From Eledone cirrhosa (Eukaryota), in the NCBI GenBank assembly GCA_964016885.1, contig OZ024741.1:219170001-219234000 (forward strand): 64,000 bases of DNA. Direction: 5' to 3'. Below the pieces are notes generated by a model. It was not told the origin of the DNA. It did not search any database and was given only the letters and a program-made list of their open reading frames with translations. Both the position numbers and the translations under genes were made by a program. Within the stretch, counting starts at the first letter, position 1; every line of letters begins with the position of its first letter. This document shows, piece after piece, positions 40,626 to 51,307 of this stretch.

Positions 40626-41064
40626 TGTCAGGTTAGGCTTCTGCGTGCTTCTGGTACCATATAGCCTAGTATAAGCTGCTTCATGGTCAAATGGTCAGTG
40701 ACTAAACCAGCTCCCCCACCAGACCCTGGTCTGGTGAGAAGGGTGAGTGGAACCCCAACAACACAAAAAACTGGAGCTGTTAAAAAGGCAGATAAACTCA
40801 TCAGAGTCAACAGTCAACCACCCCAACTATGGGTTAAACAGCCTCACCAACCCACAATTGGCTATGTGTGGTGAGTATGGCTATACCCCTGTCATGATCA
40901 ATACTAAAGATCAAGTGGTGGAGGTCAACCAACCTACAATTAGCCAAGTGTGGTGAGTACAGCTACACCCCTGGTATGATCAAAACCAAACAGAAAGCAG
41001 TGGAGGTTAACTAGGGAGGAGTTCCTCCAACAGGAGTGAGAAGTCCCTGGATTGGATTGGATTA
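40626..41064 (+). mobile_element. Non-autonomous RTE derivative (RTE 5' leader + 82-bp tandem pair + (GGATT)n tail)
   Basis: 40626-40824 aligns with 29773-29963; 82-bp units at 40849-41012; tail ggattggattggatt; flanks actttattattat / accttatttttat look like a decayed TSD. Confidence 0.65.
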
Positions 41065-41234
41065 GACCTTATTTTTATCTGAAATGTCAAAAGTTTGATT
41101 AACCCTTCTAGGCTCACTGTTTGGTTATTGTTGTTTACTTCTACCTGAAAAAACAAAAAAAAACAAAAAAAAACAGAAACAATCAAATTAACAAGAAATG
41201 TTTATAACTTTTTGTTTGGTTTATTTTGAACTAG

Positions 41235-41386
41235 GTTATATAAGACCAATTGCAATATCCCAGATCACAATGTTGGAAGAAGACTTTAATCAGCTTTTCA
41301 ATCATTGCCTCGCTCTACTAGACACCTATAATGCTGATTCTAAAGATATTGAAGCTCATCTCTATGAATTTTTACAACAATTAAAG
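41235..41386 (+). CDS. Candidate internal coding exon of an unidentified host gene
   Basis: T-rich tract + ctag acceptor, AAG|gtaaac donor, 152 nt open frame YIRPIAISQITMLEEDFNQLFNHCLALLDTYNADSKDIEAHLYEFLQQLK in unique sequence. Confidence 0.45.
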
Positions 41387-41615
41387 GTAAACAAAGCAAC
41401 ATTTCTATTAAGATTATAATTTTTCACATTACTATTACCAGTCATCTAAAAGACATTTTAATTACCTAAAAACACCTAAAAGATGTTTCATGCATTATTT
41501 ATTTTTACTTTGTTCTCTACAACCACTGCCCACGTCTCACTACTAGGAGAGCAGTTCATGTCATACATGTGTTATAAAGCTGGCCTTTCATTCATATGGA
41601 GAAACTATTTGTTTA

Positions 41616-42104
41616 TCTAAACTATAATAAAGTAAGGAGTGCGGGATTGCGTCCAGAATATATATTTTTTTATCCCGTTTGTAAAATAAGTTGGATTACT
41701 TTGAATAAATAATGAATGAATATTACATAATTTATCTACTAAATTTTGTTATTCTTGATGAAATATAAATAATTTTGTTGCTTATTTTAAGATTCACTTC
41801 TTTAAAATTTTCAAATATCAACACTTCCGGTTAGCGATCGCTTAAATAAACATTCATATATTTCTGTCACTAATTTTCTCCTAATGCAGTTTATATATAA
41901 TATCGTCTTTTTTAATGTATCATGGATTACGTTACTGATTACATAAGAGAGTGTAATGCAGTCTTTGTTCAATTTCTGTGAATATTGTCAATTACGATAT
42001 TATTTGATGTATCATATCTACATGCATATATACTTGTGTATAATATCAATATACACACTACATATGCTAGCAGAAAACCACCTGAAGGGTGTTTTTTCTG
42101 CTAG
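41616..42104 (+). mobile_element. Non-autonomous Helitron, copy 1
   Basis: A|TCTAAACTATAATAAAG 5' end, terminal hairpin and CTAG|T 3' end, no TSD; homology to 47016-47499 stops at these termini. Confidence 0.8.
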
Positions 42105-42679
42105 TATTTATTAAAAAACTTACCATCATAATTTTATGCAGTCTTGGGTCCCAAATAATAAGGTGGGGCTGGAATAGATGAGGCTAGAATAGGTGGGGTA
42201 GAACAGGTGGGAGTGGAAATCGGTAATTTGTTTTGGTTGTCTCCTTTGATTAGTTGTTTAGTTTACATATTGAGACCCCAACTCATCCTATTTCTTTCAT
42301 AACATATGAGATTTCTAGTAATGTAATTTTTTTTGTCATGTATAATGTTTTTTAATGTCTAAAGAAAATTAATTGCCACAGGAATGCTACCACTTAAAAT
42401 AAAATTTTGCCGGAGACAGATCAGCAAAATTTAATAAGTGGGGATGAGGGGTGGGGTGGGGCGGGGGCTTTGGAAAAATCTGGAAAATTAATTAAGCCAG
42501 GATTTGGGCGATTATTCTTGAGAGTAAGTTGTCAACATTTTTGTCACACCTCTGCAGCCCAGGTCACTGACACAATTCCAGCTGTGTAATTTTTTTCCAG
42601 ACAGTCAAAAATAAAAAAAATATAGAAAGTAAAATGAAAACTGCCGACTGAAATTGAATCATTCATTTGACATTCTTAT

Positions 42680-42872
42680 AATAATTGTTGCTACTTTGGG
42701 CACAAGGCCAGCAATTATCCCAGTACATTACTGGTACTTTATTTTATCGACCCCGAAAGGGCGAAAGGCAAAATTAACCTCGGCAGAATTTGAACTCAGA
42801 ACATAAAGGGTCATAACTCTATGTAGCAAAACATTGTCCAATGCTCTACCGATACTACCAATCCACCGGCAT
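42680..42872 (-). mobile_element. Meta-like SINE
   Basis: Same family as 15652-15845. Confidence 0.85.
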
Positions 42873-43191
42873 TCACATAACAATAACAACAAAACCTTAA
42901 TATTAGAAACCATAGTGAAAAAATGTTGAACTCTTCTGTCATATCACAGATATAACAACCTCCTTATTGCTGGTGTCATTATAAAATACACCCAGTACAC
43001 TCTGTAAAGGGGTTGGTGTTATAAAGGGCATCCAGATGAAGAAACCAGGCCAAGCAAAGGGTTGAAAGGCCTTTGAGTTGTGTCAAGGCCATGACAACAT
43101 CCTTAGTGCTGGTGCTGTGATAAAATACATTATGTACACTCTGTAAAGTCTCCAACCGTAAAATCTCTGCCTTCACTATATATATATATAT

Positions 43192-43220
<29 letters not shown>

Positions 43221-43222
<2 letters not shown>

Positions 43223-43404
43223 TTGTTTCTACTTTAGGCACAAGGCCAGCAATTACCCAGTGCATTACTGGTACTTTATTTTATCGACCCCGTAAGGATG
43301 AAAGGCAAAGTCAACCTCGGCGGGATTTGAACTCAGATCATAAAGGGACGTAACTATGCTGGAAAGCATGGCGTCCGACCCTCTACCGATACTGCCAATC
43401 CACA
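43221..43404 (-). mobile_element. Meta-like SINE inserted in (TAA)n
   Basis: Same family; absent from the duplicated locus at 44239-44447. Confidence 0.9.
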
Positions 43405-43434
43405 ATAATAACAAGTTAGATATTGCGTTGAAAA

Positions 43435-44013
43435 CTGAGGCAAGATTGGTTGGGTGATCGTGTCTCGCTCGTATAGGACTATCTGGCAGGTTTTCTACAG
43501 CTGGATGCCCTTCCTAACACCAACCACATTTACAGTGTGGACTGTGAACGTTTTACTGTGTTACCTACACGGCCACATTACAGCGTGGACTGTTTATTTT
43601 TATTTTTATTTTTTTTTGTTGTGACACCTACACGACCACTTTAATTTGGACTTGATGTGGTCAACATGACTTTATAGATAAAGGGTGGTGTTGGTGGGAG
43701 TGGAAGGATGGAGTAGGGGTAGTAGGTTGGGGTGTATGTTTGGGTTGGAGGGGCCTACTGACTGTAGGTTAACTTAGCACGTAGGGAAGATGGGTCTTCT
43801 GTATTACTGTGTGGTGCCAAAGATCTCAATCCAGTGACAATGTCTTAGAGTGGTGCAAGTGTGCAAGGTCAGAATTTATTAAGTCGTCCTAGGTTTTTCT
43901 AAGAGGGATCAGATGCTGTTTACTTGAGAAGATTACGTTGGTATGATCACGTGATGTGCTTGAAAAACGACAGCTGTATAAATAATTTCAGGGCAATCAA
44001 AATTGATGGAAGT
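43435..44013 (-). mobile_element. RTE 3' end with inverted 5' segment (43901-44013)
   Basis: 43435-43900 matches the 3' end/UTR on minus; 43901-44013 matches positions 645-759 on plus. Confidence 0.8.
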
Positions 44014-44446
44014 ATTTATATATATATGGAACGATCGACTTTCGTCAAATCGGACCGACGAAACAATGTTTCCGTTGGTCTTTCCAATTGCTAATACTAT
44101 CTATCGGTCGCAACTCCAGGTAGAAAGAGCAACGTGAAATAAAGTGTCTTGCTCAAGGACATAACGCATCGCCCTGTCCAGGAATCAAACTCACAACCTT
44201 ACGATTGCGAATCCAATTCTCTAACCACTCAACCACACGCCTTCACTATATATATATATATATAGTAATAATAATAATAATAATAATAACAAGTTAGATA
44301 TTGCATTGAAAACTGAGGCAAGATTGGTTGGGTGACCGTGTCTCGCTCGTATAGGACTATCTGGCAGGTTTTCTATGGCTGGATGCCCTTCCTAACACCA
44401 ACCACATTTACAGTGTGGACTGTGAACTTTTTACCGTGTTACCTAC

Positions 44447-45613
44447 CCGTTGCAAACTGCAACAATTGGATTATCTACATATCTAAGGGAATCATATGAT
44501 TGGATGATCAAACTCGTTTTGAAACACGAAAGCATCAAAAGATCATACTCCATTACAAAAGATGCACAAAGATACAATAATGGACTACAAATTTCAGAAG
44601 TCCCATTTACTGCTGAAATGGAAAACACAGAAAAAACAAAGCAGGTAAAAGTAACTGCAAAGAAAGAACTGCTACAGAAACTGGCTAAGAAATGGCAAGA
44701 AAAGCCTCTGTATGGAAAATACCCAGAAAGAGCTAACAATCCTGATGTTGACAAAACTTTAACCCATCAGTTGTTGGCATCCTCTGGACTGAAATCGGAG
44801 ACTGAAGGACTGATTATATCAGCACAAGATCAGTGTCTGCCAACAAAAAATTACCAAGCCAACATAATAAAAAATGGATGCAACCCATTATGCCGTGTAT
44901 GTAAAAAAACAACCAGAGACCATTGATCATATAATTTCAATGTGCAGTCCTATAGCTCCAACCGAATACCTAAACAGGCATGACAGAGCTGCCAAATACA
45001 TACATTGGATAATGTGTAAGCATTTTACCTGCCCCATCAAAAGAATTGGTGGGAGCATCAACCACCTCCCATACTTGAAAAAGATCACATCTCAATCTTG
45101 TGGAACTTTAGCATCCAGACAGACCGAAAAATAGATGCAAATAGACCTGATATAATACTGAAGGACTTTAAAAAGAGGGTATGCCTGCTAATTGATATGT
45201 CCGTTCCAATAGACAAGAATGTATCTATAAAACATTTGAAAAATTGAGCAAGTATAAGGACCTGGAGATAGAAATTTGAAAAATGTGGAAATTGAGAACT
45301 AAAACAATACCAGTGGTTTTAGGCGCTCTAGGAATGATACCTAAGGGGTCTAATGATTACTTATCACAAATCCCAGGAAACCCACGTATGGAAGAAATAC
45401 AAAAGATAGTACTAATGGGAACTGCCCATATACTAAGGAAGATTCTGTCAATATAAGTACATCACAAGTCTAAACACCTAAAGATGCATGTGTATGTATG
45501 TATGTTCTTTCTTGAACATGGCAGACCTTGTCGTCTCTTGAGGTCACAGGTTGTGACTTGGTGATAACTCGTATGAACATAAAGCAAGATAAATGCAAAT
45601 AATAATAATAATA
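44447..45613 (+). mobile_element. R4/Dong-like non-LTR 3' fragment (CCHC knuckle + restriction-like endonuclease), (TAA)n tail
   Basis: ETEGLIISAQDQ..CRVC..ETIDHIISMC..YLNRHD..NRPDII..LIDMSVP..KLSKYKDL..PVVLGALG..TAHILRK. Confidence 0.9.
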
Positions 45614-47015
45614 AATACAGTTTGAGGCCAACTTCTCGGTCGTTAATTACCTCAACGTTACCCTCAATTTGTCAAATGGCTTGCACTACCCGTATAGAAA
45701 GCCGATGATACGCTTAAGTACATAAGTAAGCATTCTAACCATCCTGCCAGCATAACCAAGAACCTGGTAAGAAACGTTTCTTTGAGGCTTTCCTGTCTAT
45801 CTACAAGCGGGCATATTTTCACCGACCATTCCACATATTACAATGAAGCTCTTGCTCGGAGTGGATTTGTCGATAAGGTAGCATATACTAAGTATGAGCA
45901 TAGACCAAGGAAAAATAGATCCTGACGCATTATATGGTATAACCCACCATATAATATGAAGATGGCCACACCATTAGCTAAGATCTTTCTCTCCCTTATT
46001 ATGAAGCATTTCCCCTCAGCACATAAATATAATAAAAGTTTTAATAGAAATACCATTAAAATATCTTACTCTATGACTCCTAACCTTGCACATAATATCA
46101 CTGCTTCAAATTTAGCTAAATTACCTAGCCGTAGGAACACGTGCAACCCTGTAGCTAGTACTAACTGTAATTGTAGGAATCGGGTTGACTGCCCTCTATC
46201 CGGAAAATGCCTCTCCAGTAACATTGTCTACAAATGTAAGGTTGAAACACCCACGTCCCGTAGGGCCTACATAGGGTTAACTGCCAATAGATTCAAGCAG
46301 CGTCTTTATATGCACACGCATTCTTTTCTTAACCCTTTAAGAAGGAATATGACGTCTCTTTCAGCTTATATCTGGAGTCTAAAAGACAACCACACCCAAT
46401 ATAAGTTACACTGGGAGATCCTAGCTAAGGCTAGATCATATAACGGAAATAAAAGACCATGCGATATTTGTGCCGCTGAAGCCCTGGAAATACTCTACGC
46501 CAAAGACCACATCTTAAACAAAAAATCTGAGGCAATTTCGGCTTGTAAACATAAATTGCATGAAACTTTCCTGTATTACAGCCTCACATTATACTCTAAC
46601 GGATAGTACGAACAATACGCGGATAATTTACGTCTTGATGGGGTAGCTAAGTATATTTTATGTTTATACCATTACTTATTTGTATAGGTAAGTATACCTT
46701 ACCCATATGTTTTGTGAAGGTACGTATACTTTCTCGTACGTATGTGTATTTACCTGTAGGTATGTGTGTGCGTGCGTTATATACGTATTTATGTGTGTAT
46801 ATTTATATACGTTTATATAATTATATGTATACACACACATATATATATATATATATATTTTATGTGTATTTGGTGTATGCGTTCGTATGTGTGCGGGTAC
46901 AGGTGTCGTGCGTGTTTATGTATGTGTGCACGTGTTTATGTGTACGTGTTTGTATATGCATGCATGGCGGGTGTTTTAGCGTATGCATGTGTATGTATAT
47001 GGATGTGTGTATGTA

Positions 47016-47499
47016 TCTTAACTATAATAAAGAAAGGAGTGCGGGACTGCATCCAGAATATATTTTTTTACCCCGTTTGTAAAATAAGTTGGATTACTTT
47101 GAATAAATAATTAATGAATATTACATAATTTATCTACTAAATTTCGTGGCTGTTGATTAAATATATTTTATAGCTTATTTAAAGATTCACTTCTTTAAAA
47201 TTGTCAAATGTCAACACTTCTGGTTAGCGGCCGTTATATTATAACACTTATAATCGCATATATTTCCATCGTTAATTTTCTCCTAATGCAGTTTATATAT
47301 AATATCGTCTTTTTTTAAATGTATCATGGATTACGTTACTGATTACATAAGACAGTGTAACACTGTCTTCGTTCAATTTCTGTGTATTATATATTGTCAA
47401 TTACGATTTTATTTACATGCATATATATTTGTGTATAATATCAATATACACACTACACATGCTAGCAGAAAACCACCCGAAGGGTGGTTTTTCTGCTAG
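47016..47499 (+). mobile_element. Non-autonomous Helitron, copy 2 (in the Penelope 3' region)
   Basis: A|TCTTAACTATAATAAAG..CTAGCAGAAAACCACCCGAAGGGTGGTTTTTCTGCTAG|T. Confidence 0.8.
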
Positions 47500-47820
47500 T
47501 ATATTTAATTATTGTTGATTTCAATGACCTCTGTCATTTTCGTTCTACTAATTTATTTACATTATTCTTAACTCTGAAGCCAAGAATCATTCAGCTTCCT
47601 AAATAGAATATTAGTCTACGACTTCATTTATACCATAAATGTGGTTTTGTCTTTACATGTAATTGTTCTCTACGCTCCACTTAATGACGTATTATCTTCG
47701 CTTTTTTCCGTTCATTCGTAGGGAACGTCTTCACGAACCAAAGTATCGTCTTCCTGCTTTCCTTCGGTTGCAGTGTTTTTCAAAATATTTACTTCTGTGT
47801 TTACAGATTGATTTTTTTTT

Positions 47821-47871
47821 AGTTTCAGAAGATCCCGTTAAGGGTGAAAGCAGCGATTCTTTGCTTAAACT
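47821..47871 (+). ncRNA. Degenerate type I hammerhead (U4 to A change)
   Basis: AGTTT-CAGAAGA-T-CCC(GTTAA)GGG-T-GAA-AGCA..TGCT-T^AAACT: all three stems form; core reads CAGAAGA. Confidence 0.5.
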
Positions 47872-47882
47872 TTAATCTGTTA

Positions 47883-47921
<39 letters not shown>

Positions 47922-48027
47922 TTGTCTTTCAAATTATTGTTTTTGTGTGTTTTGTTTTGTTTTGATTTAAATGTTTACCATTATTAATATGTTGATGATG
48001 ATGCTGATGATCATTATTATTATTATT

Positions 48028-48515
48028 GTGGTGGATTGGCAGAATCAGTAGAGCGTCGGGACCATGCTTTGCAGCACAGAGTTGCGGCCCTTTACGTTCT
48101 GAGTTCAAATCCCCCCCAGGTTAACTTTGTCTTTCATCTTTATGGGTTCGATAAAATATAGTACCAGTAATGCAATGAGGTCGATTTAATCAACTTTCCC
48201 CTCCCCCAAAATTGCTGGCCTTGTGCCTATAAAAGAAACCATTATTAATATGATCATCATCATTATTATTATTATTATTATTATCATTATCGTTATTGTG
48301 GTGGATTGGCAGAATCAGTAGAGCATCAGACAACATGCTTTGCAGTATAGAGTTGCGGCTCTTTACGTTCTGAGTTCAAATCCTGCCGATCTTAGCTTGC
48401 CTTTCTTCCTTACAGGGTCAATAAAATGAAGTACCAGTAACACACTGGGGTTGATGTAATCAACTTTCCCCTCCCCAAAATTGCTGGCCTTGTGCTTAAA
48501 TCAGAGACCATTATT
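48028..48515 (+). mobile_element. Two Meta-like SINEs
   Basis: Same family, each ending in (ATT)n. Confidence 0.85.
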
Positions 48516-48679
48516 ATTATTATTATTATTTCTAACATTGTCATAATTGATATTATTATTGATATCATCATCATCATCAACATCATCAATGCTATTAACA
48601 TTGCCGTCAACCTCTTTGACTCCATCATCAGAATTATTGTTATTTTTCAAAAAATGTGTTGCGTTGTCTATATGTTGAA

Positions 48680-48719
<40 letters not shown>

Positions 48720-49061
48720 GGCCCCCCCACCCCACCACCACCACAACAAACCAACAAACAAACAAAAAAAAAACAACTCTGTATTATTTTCATGTTTTAG
48801 TTAGAGTTGGAGTTAGAGTCGGTAAGAGGTGGAATAGTATCCCCCCCCCTCTCTCTATATATAGAGAGAGTGTGACAGATGAACTGATAGACAGCTCTTA
48901 TTATAGTATAGATTATTATTTTTTTATTTGCTACGTATTGATCTTATTCCTGATAAGGTTTTTGTTGGGTAGCAGGTAACTACCTGTAACATTAGGTGAC
49001 CACATGGCTTTCAATCCTTTCTAATGATCTTCCGTGTTCACTAGTGGTAAATCTTATTACA

Positions 49062-49556
49062 GTCATCATCATCATCATCGTTTAACGTCTATTTTCCACG
49101 CTAGCATGGGTAGGACGAGCTGTCCCTTTGGGAGAGATGAGGTCGGAGGACCGTGTTTTGCCCACACAGAACTGATTTTGGTTTGGTTTATATGGTTGGA
49201 TGCCCTTCCTAATACCAACCACATTTACAATGTGGACTGGGTGCTTTTTGTCATAACACCATTACAGTGTAGACTGGGTGCTTTTTCTCATGACACCCAC
49301 ACGACCACTTTACAGTGTAGGCTGGGTGCTTTTTGCGTGACATCTACACAACCACTATATAGTGTGAACTGGGTACTTTTTATCATGACACCTACATGAC
49401 CACTTTACGGTGTGGACTGGGTGCTTTTTGTCGTGATACCTACATGACCACATTTATGGTGTGGACTGGGTGCTTTTTGTCGTGACACCTACATGACCAC
49501 TTTATGATGTGGACTGGGTGCTCTTTGTCTTGACACCTACACACCCACTTTACAGC
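49062..49556 (-). mobile_element. RTE/SINE tail with ~48-bp internal repeats
   Basis: (CAT)n, ttccacgctagcatggg, then repeated gtggactgggtgctttttgtcgtgacacctacatgaccacttt. Confidence 0.75.
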
Positions 49557-49646
49557 TTATAGATTATTATTTCTTTTGCTCAGTATTGATCCTATTCCGG
49601 GTTTCTACCTGTAACCTTAGGTAACCACATGATTTTTAATAAACAA

Positions 49647-49780
49647 TTAACCCTTTAGCATTTAAACCGGCCATATCCGGCCAGAATTCTCTCACCTCTT
49701 TCTGTTCAAACCAGCTGTAACCAGCTGCTCATACTGGCGTTAAGGTATTGTTCTCAAAATAAAAATATCAAAATCTCATA
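49647..49780 (+). mobile_element. Possible piggyBac-like MITE end
   Basis: TTAA|CCCTTTAGCATTTAAACCGGCC; the matching opposite TIR was not found. Confidence 0.4.
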
Positions 49781-50654
49781 GATTCAATATTAAGTGAGAT
49801 ATTTTCACAAAAATACAATAGTATATATAAAGTAGTGCAAATACTAAGTGTTCCCTAGTGACATATCTTCTGTGGAAGCTCAACAGGATACTCAACTCCA
49901 CTCTATCCTTTGTTGTCTATTCCATGTACTGAAAGATCTTGTCTACCTCTAATTTTGGTTGTTCATTAATGATCAGTTTCATGAGGTCTTCTCTCTCAGA
50001 CTTGTAAAATTTCTGTTGTTAAGTCTTTTTGTAGCTTCCATATACTGAAAGACCTTGTGTATAATTAGTATATCTTTGATTGTACCTCTAATCCTAGTTG
50101 ATTTTTTTTTATTGATCAGCTTCAATATGTCCTCTCTCACAGATTGGTAATGTTTCTGTTATTGAATGTTTCTGTAGCTTCCATGAAATGAAAGATCTTT
50201 TCTAATGTTGATAGATCTTTTATATTGTACCCCACCAATCTTGGTAGTTCTTTAAAGACCAATTACAAGATCTCCTCTCTCATGAAGGTTGATTCTTGTT
50301 TGTCCTATCCCTGACAGATACTATGGCTGAAATGATACTATGCCTTGCCAAAGGGCCATCTGTAACTATGTATAATGATAGGGGGTAGCTTTACATATCT
50401 TCTAACTGCCTGAAAAAAACAGTTTATTCAGAAACTTGCCCAACATTCAACTACAATTGCTGAAACGGTTTCAATTATTTTATTGTATTGGTTTCAGTCA
50501 TTTGACTTTTAGACTTTCAATTGTCTAGTGATCTAAGAACCAACATACTTTGTCAAAAAGTACCCGTTCAAATCATTTGACAAAAATATATGATAGTGCA
50601 CATACTTAAATATGGAATGTTATGAGATGGGACCCCCACCCCCCACACACACAC

Positions 50655-51295
50655 ATAGCCCCGGCGGATAGGATGGAGAAGGCGTTTCCTTGCAGGACGG
50701 CAAGGGAGACCCACTGGAAGAGCCACTCCAACTCGCGGGGCTCACACTTGTGGCTGGCCGACTCAGCACCTATGATGGTGAGGATGGAGGTAGCCCTAGG
50801 GCTGAGGACACCAGAAGTCTCCACTGCCAAGGATACAATCGCAAACCTGTCGGAGAGCGACTGGTATTTGAGGAGTTTGGCCTCCTCAGCCCGACGTGCA
50901 GCAGAACCTGAGTTAGTCGCAGACTGCACCAGTTTGCGGCTGCAGAATGTGTCGGTGCAAGTAGCATCCCAGATGAGGGGTTTGCCACAGTGGAACGGGA
51001 AGATAGTCATGCCATCTGGCCTTTTGCCATCCCCTCGGTCCAGCCCCACCGGCACGAGCTGGGAAGGGAAGCGCGCAGTGTCCAAACCATGCTTTATGAC
51101 TTTTTGAGGGCAGCACGGCATGGAAGGTGGCTGGCACTGTGACGACAGGAAAGCGGGTGGAGGTCGAAAGAATCCCCGGTGGATCCACAGTGACATTGGT
51201 GTGGCTTGCAGATCCAGAGGCCGAGCCTCAAGGAAACGCTGATGCACAGGCTATTGTTGTCTAGCTGCGTGCCAGTGGAGAAGGAGGACATTAAT
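50655..51295 (-). mobile_element. CRE-like non-LTR fragment (CCHC + restriction-like endonuclease)
   Basis: LRLG..CHCG..D.HPLSC..; PVGLDRGDGKRPDGMT..WDATCTDT..AEEAKLLKY..AVETSG. Confidence 0.8.
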
Positions 51296-51307
51296 GGAGA
51301 AGTAAGC

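Larger units (their letters stand above)
45614..47880 (+). mobile_element. Penelope-like element, 5'-truncated (RT thumb + GIY-YIG endonuclease + 3' non-coding region), Naiad-like
   Basis: VNYLNVTLNL..YRKP..SNHP..WYNPPY..KISYS..CNCRNRVDCPLSGKCL..IVY..YIGLT..FKQR..H..LNKKSE (ORF 45956-46606); hammerhead remnant at 47821. The 3' boundary is approximate. Confidence 0.85.

Noticed and set aside
41616-47499. ~490-bp direct repeats read as LTRs of one 5.9-kb element
   Set aside because: Termini are TC..CTAG at A|T sites rather than TG..CA, there is no TSD or PBS, and the interior is a mix of unrelated TEs; better explained as two Helitrons.
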